NCBI GenBank assembly: GCA_963708025.1 | Contig: CAVPSB010000002.1 | Span: forward strand, 355,930 to 419,929 | DNA length: 64,000 nucleotides | From: an uncultured Candidatus Rokubacteria bacterium | GTDB taxonomy: Bacteria > Methylomirabilota > Methylomirabilia > Rokubacteriales > DASRDR01 | Direction: 5' to 3' | In this document: positions 39,769 to 50,303 of the stretch, piece after piece | Numbering within the stretch: position 1 is the first letter of the stretch | How the letters are laid out: every line of letters starts with the position of its first letter | Program-made: the position numbers and the translations under genes | Notes under the pieces: model-generated | The model's database searches: none | What the model saw: the letters and a program-made list of their open reading frames with translations, nothing else | Told to the model about the DNA's origin: nothing

Positions 39769-39915
39769 GGGGTCACACGTCGGCATTCCGGGGGACCAAG
39801 CGCGTGCGCCGACCAACGGGCGCCGAGACGACAAGTCTGGACGCAGCCACGACGGCGCCATCCCGGCCGGAGCCGCCGACGTCATCTGCGCCGGTCAGGC
39901 GGCAGGGGTCCTGAG

Positions 39916-41569
39916 ATGCCAACGATCGATGCCAGCCGTGAACCGATGTTCCCGAGCCTCAGCCCAGGGGAGATCGACCGTCTCCGCCGGTTCGGCACGA
40001 TTCGGCACTATGCCGCCGGCGATCAGCTGTTCACGACCGGCGACATCGGCACCGGCATGTTCGTCCTCATCTCCGGCTCCGTGGCCCTCACCGCACGGGA
40101 CGGCCTCGGGCACGTCATCCCGATCGTGGAGCTTGGCCCCGGCGGTTTCCTGGCCGAAGCCGGCATGCTGGCCGGTCAACCCAGGCTCGCGGATGCTCGG
40201 GCCGTCAGCGACATCGACGGTGCTCGTCGTCCCCGCCGATCGGCTGCAGACCGTGCTGATCGCCGAGGCCGAACTCGGCGAACGGATCATGGGGGCGCTC
40301 CTCCTGCGCCGGGTGGGCTTGATCGAGATCGGGGCTGGCGGTCCCGTCCTGATCGGTTCCGCCGTCCATCCCGACCTGGTCCGACTGCAAGGCTTTCTCG
40401 CTCGCAATGCTGGTCCGCATCGGGTGCTCGATCCGGCCGGCGATCACGAGGCGGCGGCCCTTCTCGAGCAATACGCGACGAGTGCCGCCGATCTGCCCCT
40501 CGTCGTCTGCCCGAACGGGTCGGTGCTCAAGAATCCGACCGAGCTCGACCTCGCCCGCGCCCTCGGCATGGTGCGGATCGATCATCCTGACCGCACGTAC
40601 GACGTCGCGATCGTCGGCGCGGGCCCGGCCGGGCTGGCCACCGCGGTGTACGCCGCATCCGAAGGGCTGTCGGTGATCGTGTTCGATGCGCGGTCGTTCG
40701 GCGGGCAAGCGGGGGCGAGCGCTCGCATCGAGAACTATCTCGGCTTCCCGGAGGGCATTTCCGGTCAGGCCCTCACCAGTCGTGCCTTCGTGCAGGCGCA
40801 GAAGTTCGGGGCCGAGATCGTGATTCCGAGCCCCGTCGTGCGACTCGACTGCGCGACGCTCCCCTTCAGGCTCGAAATGGCCGACGGCCGACGCACGACG
40901 GCGCGGACGATCGTCGTGGCCTGTGGGGCCCGCTATCGGCGGCCGCCCATCCCGAACCTCGAGGCGTTCGAAGGCCGCGGCGTCTGGTACTGGGCCTCGC
41001 CCATCGAGGCGCGTCTCTGCCGCCAGGAGCACGTCGCGCTGGTGGGGGGCGGCAACTCGGCGGGCCAGGCCGCCGTGTTCCTGTCGGGCTTCGCCGCGAA
41101 AGTGTCGATCCTGGTGCGCGACGAGGGGCTCGACATGAGCATGTCGCGCTACCTCATCGACCGCGTCGAGGCGACCGCCAACATCGAGGTCCTGCCGCGG
41201 ACGGAGATCACCACGCTGAGCGGCGGGCCCGGATCGCATCTCGCGCGCGTGCGATGGCGCCGCGCCACGACGGGGGAGGAGACGGAGCTGCCCATCCGCA
41301 ACGTCTTTCTGTTCGTGGGCGTCGAGCCGGCGACCGGGTGGCTCCAAGACTGCGGGATCGCACTTGACGCCGAGGGGTTCGTGCGAACGGGACCCGGCGA
41401 CCACCAGCCACGGCCGCTGCCCCTGGAGTCGAATCTCCCGGGCGTGTTCGCGGTGGGCGATGTTCGGTCCGGATCCGTCAAGCGGGTGGGCGGAGCGATC
41501 GGTGAGGGCGCCGCGGTGGTGCCGCAGCTTCACGCGGTGCTCGCGGAGACGGCGACGCTAGCGCGCTGA
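39916..41569 (+). CDS. Cyclic-nucleotide-binding domain plus thioredoxin-reductase-like FAD oxidoreductase, frameshift near 40218
   Basis: N-terminal cNMP domain (MFPSL...LF..GD...MFVLISG), then GAGPAGL, GGQAGASARIENYLGFP.GISG, GGGNSAGQ, GDVRSGSVKRV. Confidence 0.85.
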
Positions 41570-42003
41570 CGAGCGGTCATGAACGGACCGTGCGCCGCGA
41601 TGCTCACCCAGCGTGGGAGCACCGCGGGCAGCTCACGCCTGCAGTCGTGCGTTGCACTCGTGGCGCCGCTCGGCTCGGCGAGCCTCTCATTCGACCATCG
41701 GTACTGTGGACGGCCGGCCGGCCCTCGATCGGAAGAGCTGAAGGATGTTCAGGATTCTCGTCGGTGCCCTCGGGGCGCTCGCCCTCTCGTTGCCCGCTGC
41801 CCCCAGGTCACAAGCGGGACTCAATCGCGAAGAAGCAGAATGGAGAATGGTCGTGCCCAAAGTCTGGTTGGTAACCGGCAGCTGGGCCGGCATCAAGGCC
41901 GCGATCTAGGTCCAGAACGGGACCAGGTTCTCGCTCTCGAAATGCCGGTACAGCTGCGCGAGCTCAGCGCTCTGCCCAGCGGCCCGTTCAGCGATCGGTG
42001 TCG

Positions 42004-42447
42004 TCATCGCTGACCCCCCAGCGGAGGGACGACGCCGAGCTGCTGCATCAGGCCGAGCAGTGTCGCGACGCCCCAGTGCTCGGTGATCTTGCCGTTGACG
42101 ACCCGCATGGCGTCGACGGTGTAGAAACTGACCTTCCTTCCGGTGGCCGGGATGCCGAGAAACGCTCCCTTGTGGGTGCCGTGATAGGTCTTGTAGGTCG
42201 TCACGAGGTCGCCGGCGGCCACCTGCCAGTGGATCTCGGGGCGGAAGTCGGGGAACGCGGCGCGCAAGCCCTTGTACAGCATCCGCACCCCGTCCTTGTC
42301 GGGTGTGGTGCCCGGCTGCGGCGTGTGGTCGACAAAGTCATCGGCGAACAGCTCCTCGTACAGGTCCCAGTTGCCCTTGCCTTGTACTTCCTCGGTGTTC
42401 CGGCGCACTACGGCGATCGCCGCGTCGCCCTCTGTTGAGCTGCTCAT
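42004..42447 (-). CDS. SnoaL-like ester cyclase
   Basis: LRAAFPD, GTHKG.FLGIPATGRKV, GKITEHW. Confidence 0.88.
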   Translation of the reverse strand: MSSSTEGDAAIAVVRRNTEEVQGKGNWDLYEELFADDFVDHTPQPGTTPDKDGVRMLYKGLRAAFPDFRPEIHWQVAAGDLVTTYKTYHGTHKGAFLGIPATGRKVSFYTVDAMRVVNGKITEHWGVATLLGLMQQLGVVPPLGGQR

Positions 42448-42529
42448 TGTCCTGTCTCCTTCGAGTCTGGTCGGAACTCCCCGCAGATGTATGACCGATT
42501 GGACCTCCTGGATCGAGTTTACCCCGGGC

Positions 42530-42755
42530 TTAGAGCTGGATCATCCTGCCGTCAACGACCAGCTCCGTGCCCACCACGAACGCGGACTCGCTGGAGAACG
42601 GTACAGGACCGCGGCGGCGATCTCATCCGGGTGGCCGAAGCGCTTGAGCGGGACCTGCCGAGTCATTCACTCCTTGTTTGTCGGGTCTGCTCCTCTGGCA
42701 GGCCCATGCGGTCGAGGATGGGAGTCGCAATCGGTCCCGGGCTGACGACGTTCCA
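42530..42755 (-). pseudogene. SDR oxidoreductase C-terminal fragment (degenerate)
   Basis: Minus strand NVVSPGPIATPILDRMG / QVPLKRFGHPDEIAAAVLY / FVVGTELVVDG. Confidence 0.65.
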
Positions 42756-42761
42756 CGCCCG

Positions 42762-42850
42762 AATCGAGAACCTCGATCTCGAGCTGTCGATCAGTGATGG
42801 GCTTCGGCTGTCGGATCAACTGGTACAGCCGCTCTTCGGTAACCGTGCCG
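42762..42850 (-). pseudogene. DipZ-like redoxin C-terminal fragment
   Basis: Minus strand GTVTEERLYQLIRQPKPITDRQLEIEVLD. Confidence 0.55.
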
Positions 42851-42939
42851 CTGGGTCTCCTCCTCGCAACTGCAAGTCCTGTCGAACGCCACGGCGGCTC
42901 GGCCGCCGCGTTGAGCCCCCAAACGCGGGCCTTCCCCTG

Positions 42940-43416
42940 TCATTCGAACCGGCGAGCCAGCTGTTCCAGTGACAAGCGCGAGCCGGCCTCGTTGTCCTCG
43001 GGCCGCACGCCTGGCGGTAGGTTCTCGCACAGGAAGGTGACCTCCGTTCCGGCCGACACCTCTTCGAAGGTCACCACGATCGTCATCTCGCCGAGGAAGG
43101 CCGGATCGGTGGTGTCGAAGTTGACCGCCTCGACGATCTTGCGCCCGGAGACGAGCTCCACGAACCGCACGCTGAACCTGTCCTCCCTGTCGGACGTCTT
43201 GCCGCGGAACGTCGGCTCGTTCGACGGGTAGAACAGCGACATCCGGTACCCGCCGCCGACCCGCGCGTCGAACGCGTGAATCTTGCCGGTCATCTGCGCC
43301 GGAGGGAGCCAGGCGATGAGCGCGTCCGGGTCCATGAAGGCCGCGTAGACCTCCTCCGGCCGCGCCTTGACGATCGCCGATGTGCGAGTCTGGGCGCCCG
43401 TGTGCTCTTCGGTCAT
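42940..43416 (-). CDS. SRPBCC/AHSA1 domain protein
   Basis: PEEVYAAFMDPDAL..WLPP, FDARVGGGYRMS, DNEAG...SLEQLA. Confidence 0.88.
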   Translation of the reverse strand: MTEEHTGAQTRTSAIVKARPEEVYAAFMDPDALIAWLPPAQMTGKIHAFDARVGGGYRMSLFYPSNEPTFRGKTSDREDRFSVRFVELVSGRKIVEAVNFDTTDPAFLGEMTIVVTFEEVSAGTEVTFLCENLPPGVRPEDNEAGSRLSLEQLARRFE

Positions 43417-43566
43417 GTGGCGGCTCCGCCATCGTCGGGGTCGAAGCTCATGGGTGGGGCGCCTTTCGATTCGTCAGGACGACGTGCGTGGCATCCGGTG
43501 TCGAGACACGCTCGGTGCACTGGTAGCCAAGCCCGGGCAGGTGGTTTCTCTGCTAGCTGGATGGGG

Positions 43567-44055
43567 TCACTTCGCCGTGCCGGCGTACGCGGCCTGCAGC
43601 GCGGCCATGTCGAGCTTGACCATCTTCAGCATGGCGTCGCAGGCGCGCTTGGCCTTGACCGGGTCGGGGTCGGCCATCATCTCGCCCAGAGTGGTGGGCA
43701 CGATTTGCCACGAGAGGCCGAAGCGGTCTTTCAGCCAGCCGCACTGCTCGGCCGAGCCGCCCTGGAGAAGCGCGTTCCAGTAGCGGTCGAGCTCGGCCTG
43801 GGTCTCGCAGTTCACGACGAAGGACACCGCGTGGTTGAACGGGTCGAGCGGCCCGGCGCTCATCGCGACGAAGGTCTGTCCGCAGAGGACGAACTCGACG
43901 ACCTTGACGGATCCGGGCGGGCCGCTCGGCGATTCGCTGGGCATCGTGGCGACCCGCGTGATGCGCGAATCCGGAAAGATGCTGGCATAGAACGCCGCGG
44001 CCTCCTCCGCTTCCTTCGAATACCAGAGGAACGGCGTGATCTTCTGAATCGTCAT
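43567..44055 (-). CDS. VOC family protein (PhnB/3-demethylubiquinone-9 methyltransferase-like)
   Basis: QKITPFLW..AEEAA.FY, CETQAELDRYW, QCGWLKDRFGLSWQIVP. Confidence 0.9.
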   Translation of the reverse strand: MTIQKITPFLWYSKEAEEAAAFYASIFPDSRITRVATMPSESPSGPPGSVKVVEFVLCGQTFVAMSAGPLDPFNHAVSFVVNCETQAELDRYWNALLQGGSAEQCGWLKDRFGLSWQIVPTTLGEMMADPDPVKAKRACDAMLKMVKLDMAALQAAYAGTAK

Positions 44056-44235
44056 GGCAAATCTCCTCTCGGGGTGGGGGTCTTGGCCGCGGGCAATCCG
44101 CGCGCCCTCATGGAGGCGACGAACGACGCGGGTCGCGATTGCCCAGGTGGCAGATGACCCTGTCTCCCGGCGCCTAGGGACGATTGATAGTCTACGAGTG
44201 AGGCACACGTCAGGTTGGCCATCGCGGCGCGCTCG

Positions 44236-45045
44236 CTAGCCCGGTTTCGCCATTGGTCGTGGCTTCATGATCGCGAGTACCGCGCCGGTCGGATCCTCCA
44301 GCACACCGAAGCGACCGACACCCGGGATGTCCTCGGGGCCAAACGCGATCGTCGCGCCGAGCTTCCTGGCGCGCGTGATCGTCGCGTCGGCGTCGTCGAC
44401 GGCGACGTAGGGCAGCCAGTGCGGCGGCATACCATCTGGCAGATCGATCGTCACGCCGCCGCGGTCGACTCCGCCCTTGGAGAGGATGTGATAGGTGCCG
44501 CCGGGGCCCATGTCCATCGAGCGATGGGAGAACCCGAGGATCGTTTCGTAGAACGCGAGCGCCTTCGTCCGGTCGCTGGTGTGCAGCTCGTTCCAGAGGA
44601 AGCGGCCGGCGGTCACCGACGGGAAGCCGCCATGCGCCATCGGCGCGTCAGCCGGATCGCCGGTGGCGTTCTTGACCAGGCACAACTCGGCCCCCTGCGG
44701 GTCGGCGATCCGCGCCTTCCGGCCGACGCCCGGGAGGTCGGAGGGTGCCTCGACGATCCTCCCGCCGTTGGCGGTGACGGCCTTCGCGGTCGCGTCGACG
44801 TCCTCGACCGAGAGGTACGAGATCCAATGCGATGGCAGGCGATCGTTCGTGGGCGCCGCGTAGCCGCCGATCATCGTATCCAGCGTGTCGCCAGTCAGGA
44901 TCATCTCGTAGATGAAGGCGCCCATCGGAAATGGTTGCACCTTCCACCCGAGCGCCTCGCCATAGAACGCCTGCGCTTTTTTGGCGTCCCTGGACACGAG
45001 CTCGAACCACACGAACTTTCCGGGAAGCCGCTCGCGATCGGCCAT
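44236..45045 (-). CDS. Two-domain VOC/glyoxalase family protein
   Basis: FVWFEL..D..KAQAFY..LGW, DPQGA; second domain FLWNEL, HWLPYVAVDD, DPTGA. Confidence 0.9.
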   Translation of the reverse strand: MADRERLPGKFVWFELVSRDAKKAQAFYGEALGWKVQPFPMGAFIYEMILTGDTLDTMIGGYAAPTNDRLPSHWISYLSVEDVDATAKAVTANGGRIVEAPSDLPGVGRKARIADPQGAELCLVKNATGDPADAPMAHGGFPSVTAGRFLWNELHTSDRTKALAFYETILGFSHRSMDMGPGGTYHILSKGGVDRGGVTIDLPDGMPPHWLPYVAVDDADATITRARKLGATIAFGPEDIPGVGRFGVLEDPTGAVLAIMKPRPMAKPG

Positions 45046-45158
45046 GTCGGTTCTCCCTTCGGCCTCTGGGGACGAACGAGCCTGGCGGTGCCCTCCAGAG
45101 TCTTTCATCACTGGATCGAACGAAGGCGGTCCGGATCGATCCCCGAATCGACTTCCGC

Positions 45159-45968
45159 TCACCCCGCTGCTGACTGATGCACGGTGCACGCGCAGGCCGG
45201 CTGGTGGTACCGCCCGCTGCCTTCCACCGTGCCACCCCTTCCGTACATGTTCTTCGGCCGCACCCAGTCGGCGAGACTGTTGTAGGGCCCATCCTCACTC
45301 CGCCCCTTCGGCGTCACGTCGAGATACCGGTAGACGCCCAGGAACTCCTCGCCGCCGCGCCCATAGGTCGAGTAGGTGTGGAAGATATGGCCGCCGTCGT
45401 CCTTGAAGAAGACGCTGTCGCCGGACAGGTCCTCGAGTCCGGGATTCGCGTATTCGTAGTTGTAGAAGGCGCGGCCTGCCGCGATCTCGTCGGGCCTGAA
45501 TGAGACGTGGAAGTCATAGTTGAAGTCGGAGTGGTACGACGAGACCCACGTGAAGCGCCACCCCATCTGCTGGCGGACGCCTTCGATCTCCCCGATCGGC
45601 GCGCGCGCCACGACGGCGTACGACACGTCATGGTTCTGCAGATGCACGAGCGCGCCCTCGATATGGTCGACCTCGAGGGAGCACCCGACGCACTGGCCGA
45701 CTTGGCCGGGCCCCATCATGAAGTGCTTGACGAAGAGCTGGCTGCGGCCGTCGAAGAGATCGGCCAGCGTCACCGTGCCCTGCGGTGCGTCGAAGACGTA
45801 CGGCTTCTCCACCTTCACCCAGGGTAATGCCCGGCGCTCGGCAGCCAATCGGTCGCGAAGCCGCGTGAGCTCCTTCTCCTTCGCCAGGAGCGCCGTGCGC
45901 GCATCGAGCCATTCCTCGCGCGAGATGACGCGGTGCAATGGAGCGATACCTCTGGCGGTGTCGGTCAT
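45159..45968 (-). CDS. DUF899 thioredoxin-like protein
   Basis: REEWL.AR..LL.KEKELTR, RRALPWV, LADLFDGRSQL, CVGC, SDFNYDF, HTYSTYGRG, LDVTPKGR. Confidence 0.9.
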   Translation of the reverse strand: MTDTARGIAPLHRVISREEWLDARTALLAKEKELTRLRDRLAAERRALPWVKVEKPYVFDAPQGTVTLADLFDGRSQLFVKHFMMGPGQVGQCVGCSLEVDHIEGALVHLQNHDVSYAVVARAPIGEIEGVRQQMGWRFTWVSSYHSDFNYDFHVSFRPDEIAAGRAFYNYEYANPGLEDLSGDSVFFKDDGGHIFHTYSTYGRGGEEFLGVYRYLDVTPKGRSEDGPYNSLADWVRPKNMYGRGGTVEGSGRYHQPACACTVHQSAAG

Positions 45969-46072
45969 GGTCTCTCCTCCTATCCCGCCTCGAAGCGGCG
46001 AGAGGTTAGATTCGTACTGGTCGGTATGCATCCGGGCTCGCAACCCCTCTGGGCGCCTCCTCTTGCTGGATA

Positions 46073-46099
46073 GTCGAGCGGGCCGGCCCCAGATCGACA
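46073..46099 (-). promoter_or_regulatory. ECF42-type promoter upstream of DUF899 gene
   Basis: TGTCGA-N17-CGAC on the minus strand. Confidence 0.65.
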
Positions 46100-46424
46100 T
46101 GGTCGTGTCCCCCAGGTGCGCAAGGGTCGAAGGCGTCGCCACGGGTTCTCCCGCCCCCGTCCTCCCCGGCTTGCCGGCGTGCGACGGGCTCAAGGACCGC
46201 TGGCCTCGCCGAGCGTGCCCCGTCGAGGGCCTCGGCCGTGTCAGAGTGGGGGGTGAACCGCCGATGGTCTCGAGGCCGCGACCCCGTCACCTGTCGGCCC
46301 GGAGGCCCCTCGGGATGGACGCCCGGTGTATTCCGATTACGGTCGCGAGCCATCGCTCGACCGCTCGATCTACGGAGACGCTGATTTGGGGAACGAGGCC
46401 CGCCGGTCAGCCGTGCGCTCGGCA

Positions 46425-46770
46425 GGTTGGTGGCGGTGGGGGCGGCACTCCCGCCGGTGGTGGTGGGATCGAGCCCGGAGGGGCGGCCGGAGGCAGGGGG
46501 GCGCTGGGTGCGGGGGCAGTCCCGGCTGCGACTGATACGCCGGCACCGAGCCCCGCGTCACCATCTGTTGCCCTTCGCGTACATGCCCTGCATGTGCGCG
46601 ACGTCGTACCGGTTGCAGGTGATGGTCGCCGCGTCGGCCCGGGTGACGCCCACGACGGTCCCGCCAAGCAAGTCGGTTCCTGCTCCGACGGCGGTCCCGA
46701 TACCCGGATCGCCGGCCGCCGCCCCCACGGCGGCTCCCAGGGCGCGCCGATGGCCGCGGCGCTTACCGCA
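46425..46770 (-). pseudogene. Glycine-zipper family protein fragment with Pro-rich tail
   Basis: GAAVGAAAGDPGIGTAVGAG...RYDVAHMQGMYAKGN and PPPPAGVPPPPPP in different frames. Confidence 0.55.
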
Positions 46771-46912
46771 CTCTGCCGGAGACCCGCTCTGTGGCCCAAG
46801 ACTTCGGCCGGCGGACAAGCCGTTGATATCTCAGGGCGGATCCGGAGAAGCTCTCGGCTCCAGGGTCACCCTTCTGGGCGACGCCTGGCCGAGCGGCGGG
46901 GCTGAAGCCCCG

Positions 46913-46938
46913 TGTCGATTTTGAGCCTCCCGAACGAC
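46913..46938 (+). promoter_or_regulatory. ECF42-type promoter upstream of YciI remnant and DUF1579 gene
   Basis: TGTCGA-N16-CGAC. Confidence 0.65.
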
Positions 46939-46979
46939 TATAGGTGACAACAGCCCCTGCCGTTCCTGGGAGGAAGCCA

Positions 46980-47185
46980 CGAAGCCAATGTGCCTGGATA
47001 CTTGGATGAGAAGAAGTGGGAGACCCTGTCCGAAAGCGAGGGCAACGCCCTGATGGACAAGTGTTTCGCCTACGACGACGTGCTTCTCAAGGGCGGGCAC
47101 TTCGTCGGGGGGAGGCGCTCCAAAGCCCCCGGAACGCCACCACACTGAGATGCCGGAGCGGCAGGGTGTCCATCACCGACGGCAA
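46980..47185 (+). pseudogene. YciI/DGPF family remnant
   Basis: [14 protein letters not shown]...AYDDVL..GGHFVGG / [21 protein letters not shown], truncated before the PF. Confidence 0.7.
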
Positions 47186-47217
47186 ACATGAGACATATCA
47201 TCGCAGAAGGAGAGACT

Positions 47218-47829
47218 ATGAGCCGTAGCCTCGCCCGACCTTTGTTGGCGGCCACCGTTGTCGTCGCGCTCGCCACGCTCGCCGTGGCGCAACAGGGGCA
47301 AAAGCAGCCGGAGATGACCCCCGCGCAGAAGGCCGAAATGGAAGCGTACATGAAAGCCGGCACACCGGGCGGGCCTCACCAAGCGTTGGCATCGTCGGCC
47401 GGCAACTACGACCTCCAGATCAAGAGCTGGCACGAGCCCGGTGCGCCAGCGATGGAAGACACCGGCACCGCGACACGCGCCATGGCGCTCGGCGGCCGTG
47501 TGCTGGTCGAGGAAGTCAACAGCTCGATGATGGGCATGCCCTTCACGGGTCACGGGATGATGGGCTTCGACAACGTGACCGGTAAGTACTGGTCCACGTG
47601 GAGTGACAGTATGTCCACCGGCATCATGGTGAGCGAGGGCACGTGCGACTCCCAGAAGAAGACCTGTACCTTCACCGGGAGTTGGAACGATGCCCTCAAA
47701 AAGGGCCCAGTGACGGCGCGCATGACCACCCGCTGGACGAGCCCGACGACCGAGGTCTTCGAGATGTACGGGCCGGGCAAGGACGGCAAAGAGATGAAGA
47801 TGATGGAGATCACCTACACCAAGAAGTAG
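47218..47829 (+). CDS. DUF1579 domain exported protein
   Basis: Signal peptide; AGTPG.PH..L...AG.Y, MMGMPF.G.G..GFDN...KYWSTW.DSMSTG, MEITYTK. Confidence 0.8.
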   Translation: MSRSLARPLLAATVVVALATLAVAQQGQKQPEMTPAQKAEMEAYMKAGTPGGPHQALASSAGNYDLQIKSWHEPGAPAMEDTGTATRAMALGGRVLVEEVNSSMMGMPFTGHGMMGFDNVTGKYWSTWSDSMSTGIMVSEGTCDSQKKTCTFTGSWNDALKKGPVTARMTTRWTSPTTEVFEMYGPGKDGKEMKMMEITYTKK

Positions 47830-48093
47830 CACCAGGGTCCTCTCGAGGGATCGAGCGGTCAGGGCAGGGAGCGGCGGCCGACCTGGCGTCTGGAGTCATC
47901 ATCCGGCCGCCGTAGCGTGGGCACCCACCCGCGGAAACGCCGACCAGGTGGTCCCGGCCATCCTCGCGTTCCTCAAGTGGCAGCCGTATTCATCTGTGTT
48001 CCTTGGGAGCGTCTCAGGGAGTGTTCCGGGAACCAGTGATCCCTGCACGGGGGTTGATTAGGTTGCACTGTGTGGGGAAGGAGGAGATGAGAG

Positions 48094-48744
48094 GTGGCCT
48101 TTGTGGGATCGCGGCGGGCCGTCCAGCCAGGAGAGCCGGCCCCGAACTTCGAGGTGTCGGCCGTGCACCACGAGGGGGCCGTATCGCTCGCCGACTACCG
48201 TGGCAAGCGTCCGCTTTTCCTCGCCCTCTATCGTGGGCTGTACTGACCATTCTGCCGGCGGCACGTTGTGCAGCTACAGACCACGGCAGAGAAGCTTCGG
48301 CAGGTAGGCGTTGAGACGTTGGGGATCGTCGGGTCGGCGGTGGAGCGTGTGCGCTTCTATTTGCGGTTCCGTCCAAGCCGTTGCGTGCTGGGTGCCGATC
48401 CAGACCTGACCACCCACCACGCCTACGGCTTGCCTCAGAGTTTGCTGACGACGGAAGTCTGGGGTGCCGTCGAGTCTGCCGCCAGGAGTCTGGCCGGCGG
48501 GCTTGGAATACGGGTGCCTGAATCAGGGGCGACGGAGGCTATCGGTCGACTGGATGGCTTCGAAACGACGGACAGTGAGCGCGAAGAAATGGAACGACAC
48601 CAGGCGCAGTTCACCGGGCAGTTCCTCATTGACCGCGAGGGTGTTGTCCGATGGTCGAGCATCGAATGCGCCAGGGAGGGTCTTGCGGGGATCGACAAAT
48701 TCCCGAGCGATGAGGAGGTGCTGGCTGCGGCCAAGTTGCTCTAG
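48094..48744 (+). CDS. AhpC/TSA (peroxiredoxin-like) protein, probable selenoprotein (UGA 48244-48246 = Sec, UxxC)
   Basis: GEPAPNFEV..V....VSLADYRGKRPLFLALYRGLY[TGA]PFCRRH in frame with ORF 48268-48744 (ADPD...H.AYG, FLIDREGVVRW); GTG start behind AGGAG; SECIS-like hairpin. Confidence 0.85.
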
Positions 48745-48861
48745 ACGATCCGGCCCACCGGATTGTGTTGCGTGGTCACGTCCAGTGTTGAATCGGAAGC
48801 CGCGCCCTCGATTTTCCACATCAAACGGGGCACCAGCGATGATCGTCGCCAGAGAAACACC

Positions 48862-49214
48862 ATGACAGAGAGACGAAAAGATGTAAGCGCCTATATTGCA
48901 GCTGCCCCAAGCGAGGTACGAGCTAAGCTCACACAGCTTCGCAAGATTATCAAAGCCTCGGTGCCCAAAGCCGATGAGGGTATTAGCTACCAGATGCCCT
49001 ACTACAGATATCACGGCGCGCTTGTGGGGTTCGCCGCGTTCAAGAACCACATAGGACTGTTTGTCCCGCCGCCCGTCGTGGAGGAGCACAAGCATGAACT
49101 TGAGGGTTACGAAGTCGCTAGGGGAACTGTCCGCCTTCCAATCGACAAGCCGCTTCCCATCCGCTCATAAAGAGACTGATCAAGGCGCGAATGAAGAAGA
49201 ACGAGGCAAAATAG
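48862..49214 (+). CDS. DUF1801/YdhG-like protein, frameshift near 49160
   Basis: V.AYIAAAP..VRAKL.QLR.II...VP.A.EGISYQMP.Y...LVGFAAFKNHIG; tail LIKRLIKARMK in another frame; visibly lower GC. Confidence 0.8.
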
Positions 49215-50303
49215 AAGAAATAGGAGATGCTCACCGAGATGGGCCAGGCGAAGCGAGCACAGGAGGCGTGGGACCAGGCGCGGCGGCTGAGCCCCGGCGC
49301 TTCTCCCGCACAGCTCCGGCAGCGTCTGCCGTATCGGCGGCCGGCCGACCTGGACCGCTTTCTCGCCGCCGTGGCGAAGCTCCAGTAGAGTTCGGGCGGC
49401 TGTGCGCCGAGTGACCGGTGCGGTCAGGCAAGGGTCCCCCGATGCCGAGCGACGAATCCGGAGCCGCAGTCCCCGGGGGCTCCGGCGAGCCAGGAGTTGC
49501 CGCCATCGGTCGCTGACAAGCCGGCGCGCAAGATCCTTCAAGCCACGGGCTGATCCGGGAGGTACCTTCGAAGCATGATGCTGCACCGCCCGATCGAAGG
49601 CCACTGGGTTCAGGGAGTGTGGTCATGCCAAAGAGCCTCCGGAACGTGACGCCACTGCGCCGGGCAGATCTGACCGTTGAAGAAGGTGCTCGAGGGTCAC
49701 CAATGAAACGGGGCCGCGACAGTCTGGCTGACGTTCATCGGGATCACGCTGGGAGGTCTGACGATGACACACCTCCAAGCGGAAGAGCAGGCGGGCTTCC
49801 ATACTGTCCTCGGGGCGCCGGGTCGCTCGCCCGCGATCCCCGACTCGATGGACGCCTACGGGTGGCTTATCGGGAGCTGGGACCTGGAGGTCCTTCGACC
49901 GGAACGCTCCGGACGTGGTACCGCGTCATCTGCCGCACCACGGCGTCGAGGCCTTCTGCGGGTTCCACCGTCGCGCACCCGTAGGCTCGACGGACCCGCC
50001 GTTCCGGTGGTTCCCGTGGCAATCCCCCCGCGAAACTGGATACCCGCAAGGTGTGGGGAGCGGAGCGGACGGTCGGTCTCGACAAGGACGCCTCGCAGGA
50101 CCCCGCGGCCAGCTCGAGACCGACGCCCGCGAGGCTCTGGGGCGACCTCTGCAACCTGATCTACGACGAGGCGATGGTCCGGCGGGCGAAGGCTGACCAG
50201 GCGATCGCGACGGCGAAGCGCGCGACCGATGATCCCTGACACCCCGGCTCCCGGGGACCGATGGCGACGGCGCGATCCGCAGCACGCGCCGGAGTGCCCT
50301 TCA

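Noticed and set aside
36649-39885. 1078-aa minus-strand ORF and other long ORFs (10441-12930, 2871-5072, 32739-34658, 25668-27569)
   Set aside because: Antisense or off-frame shadows of recognisable genes in high-GC DNA; Arg/Pro/Gly-rich with no motifs
50010-50065. GGCAA..GAAA..CGCAAG segment resembling a c-di-GMP riboswitch
   Set aside because: Stems do not pair convincingly and no clear downstream gene
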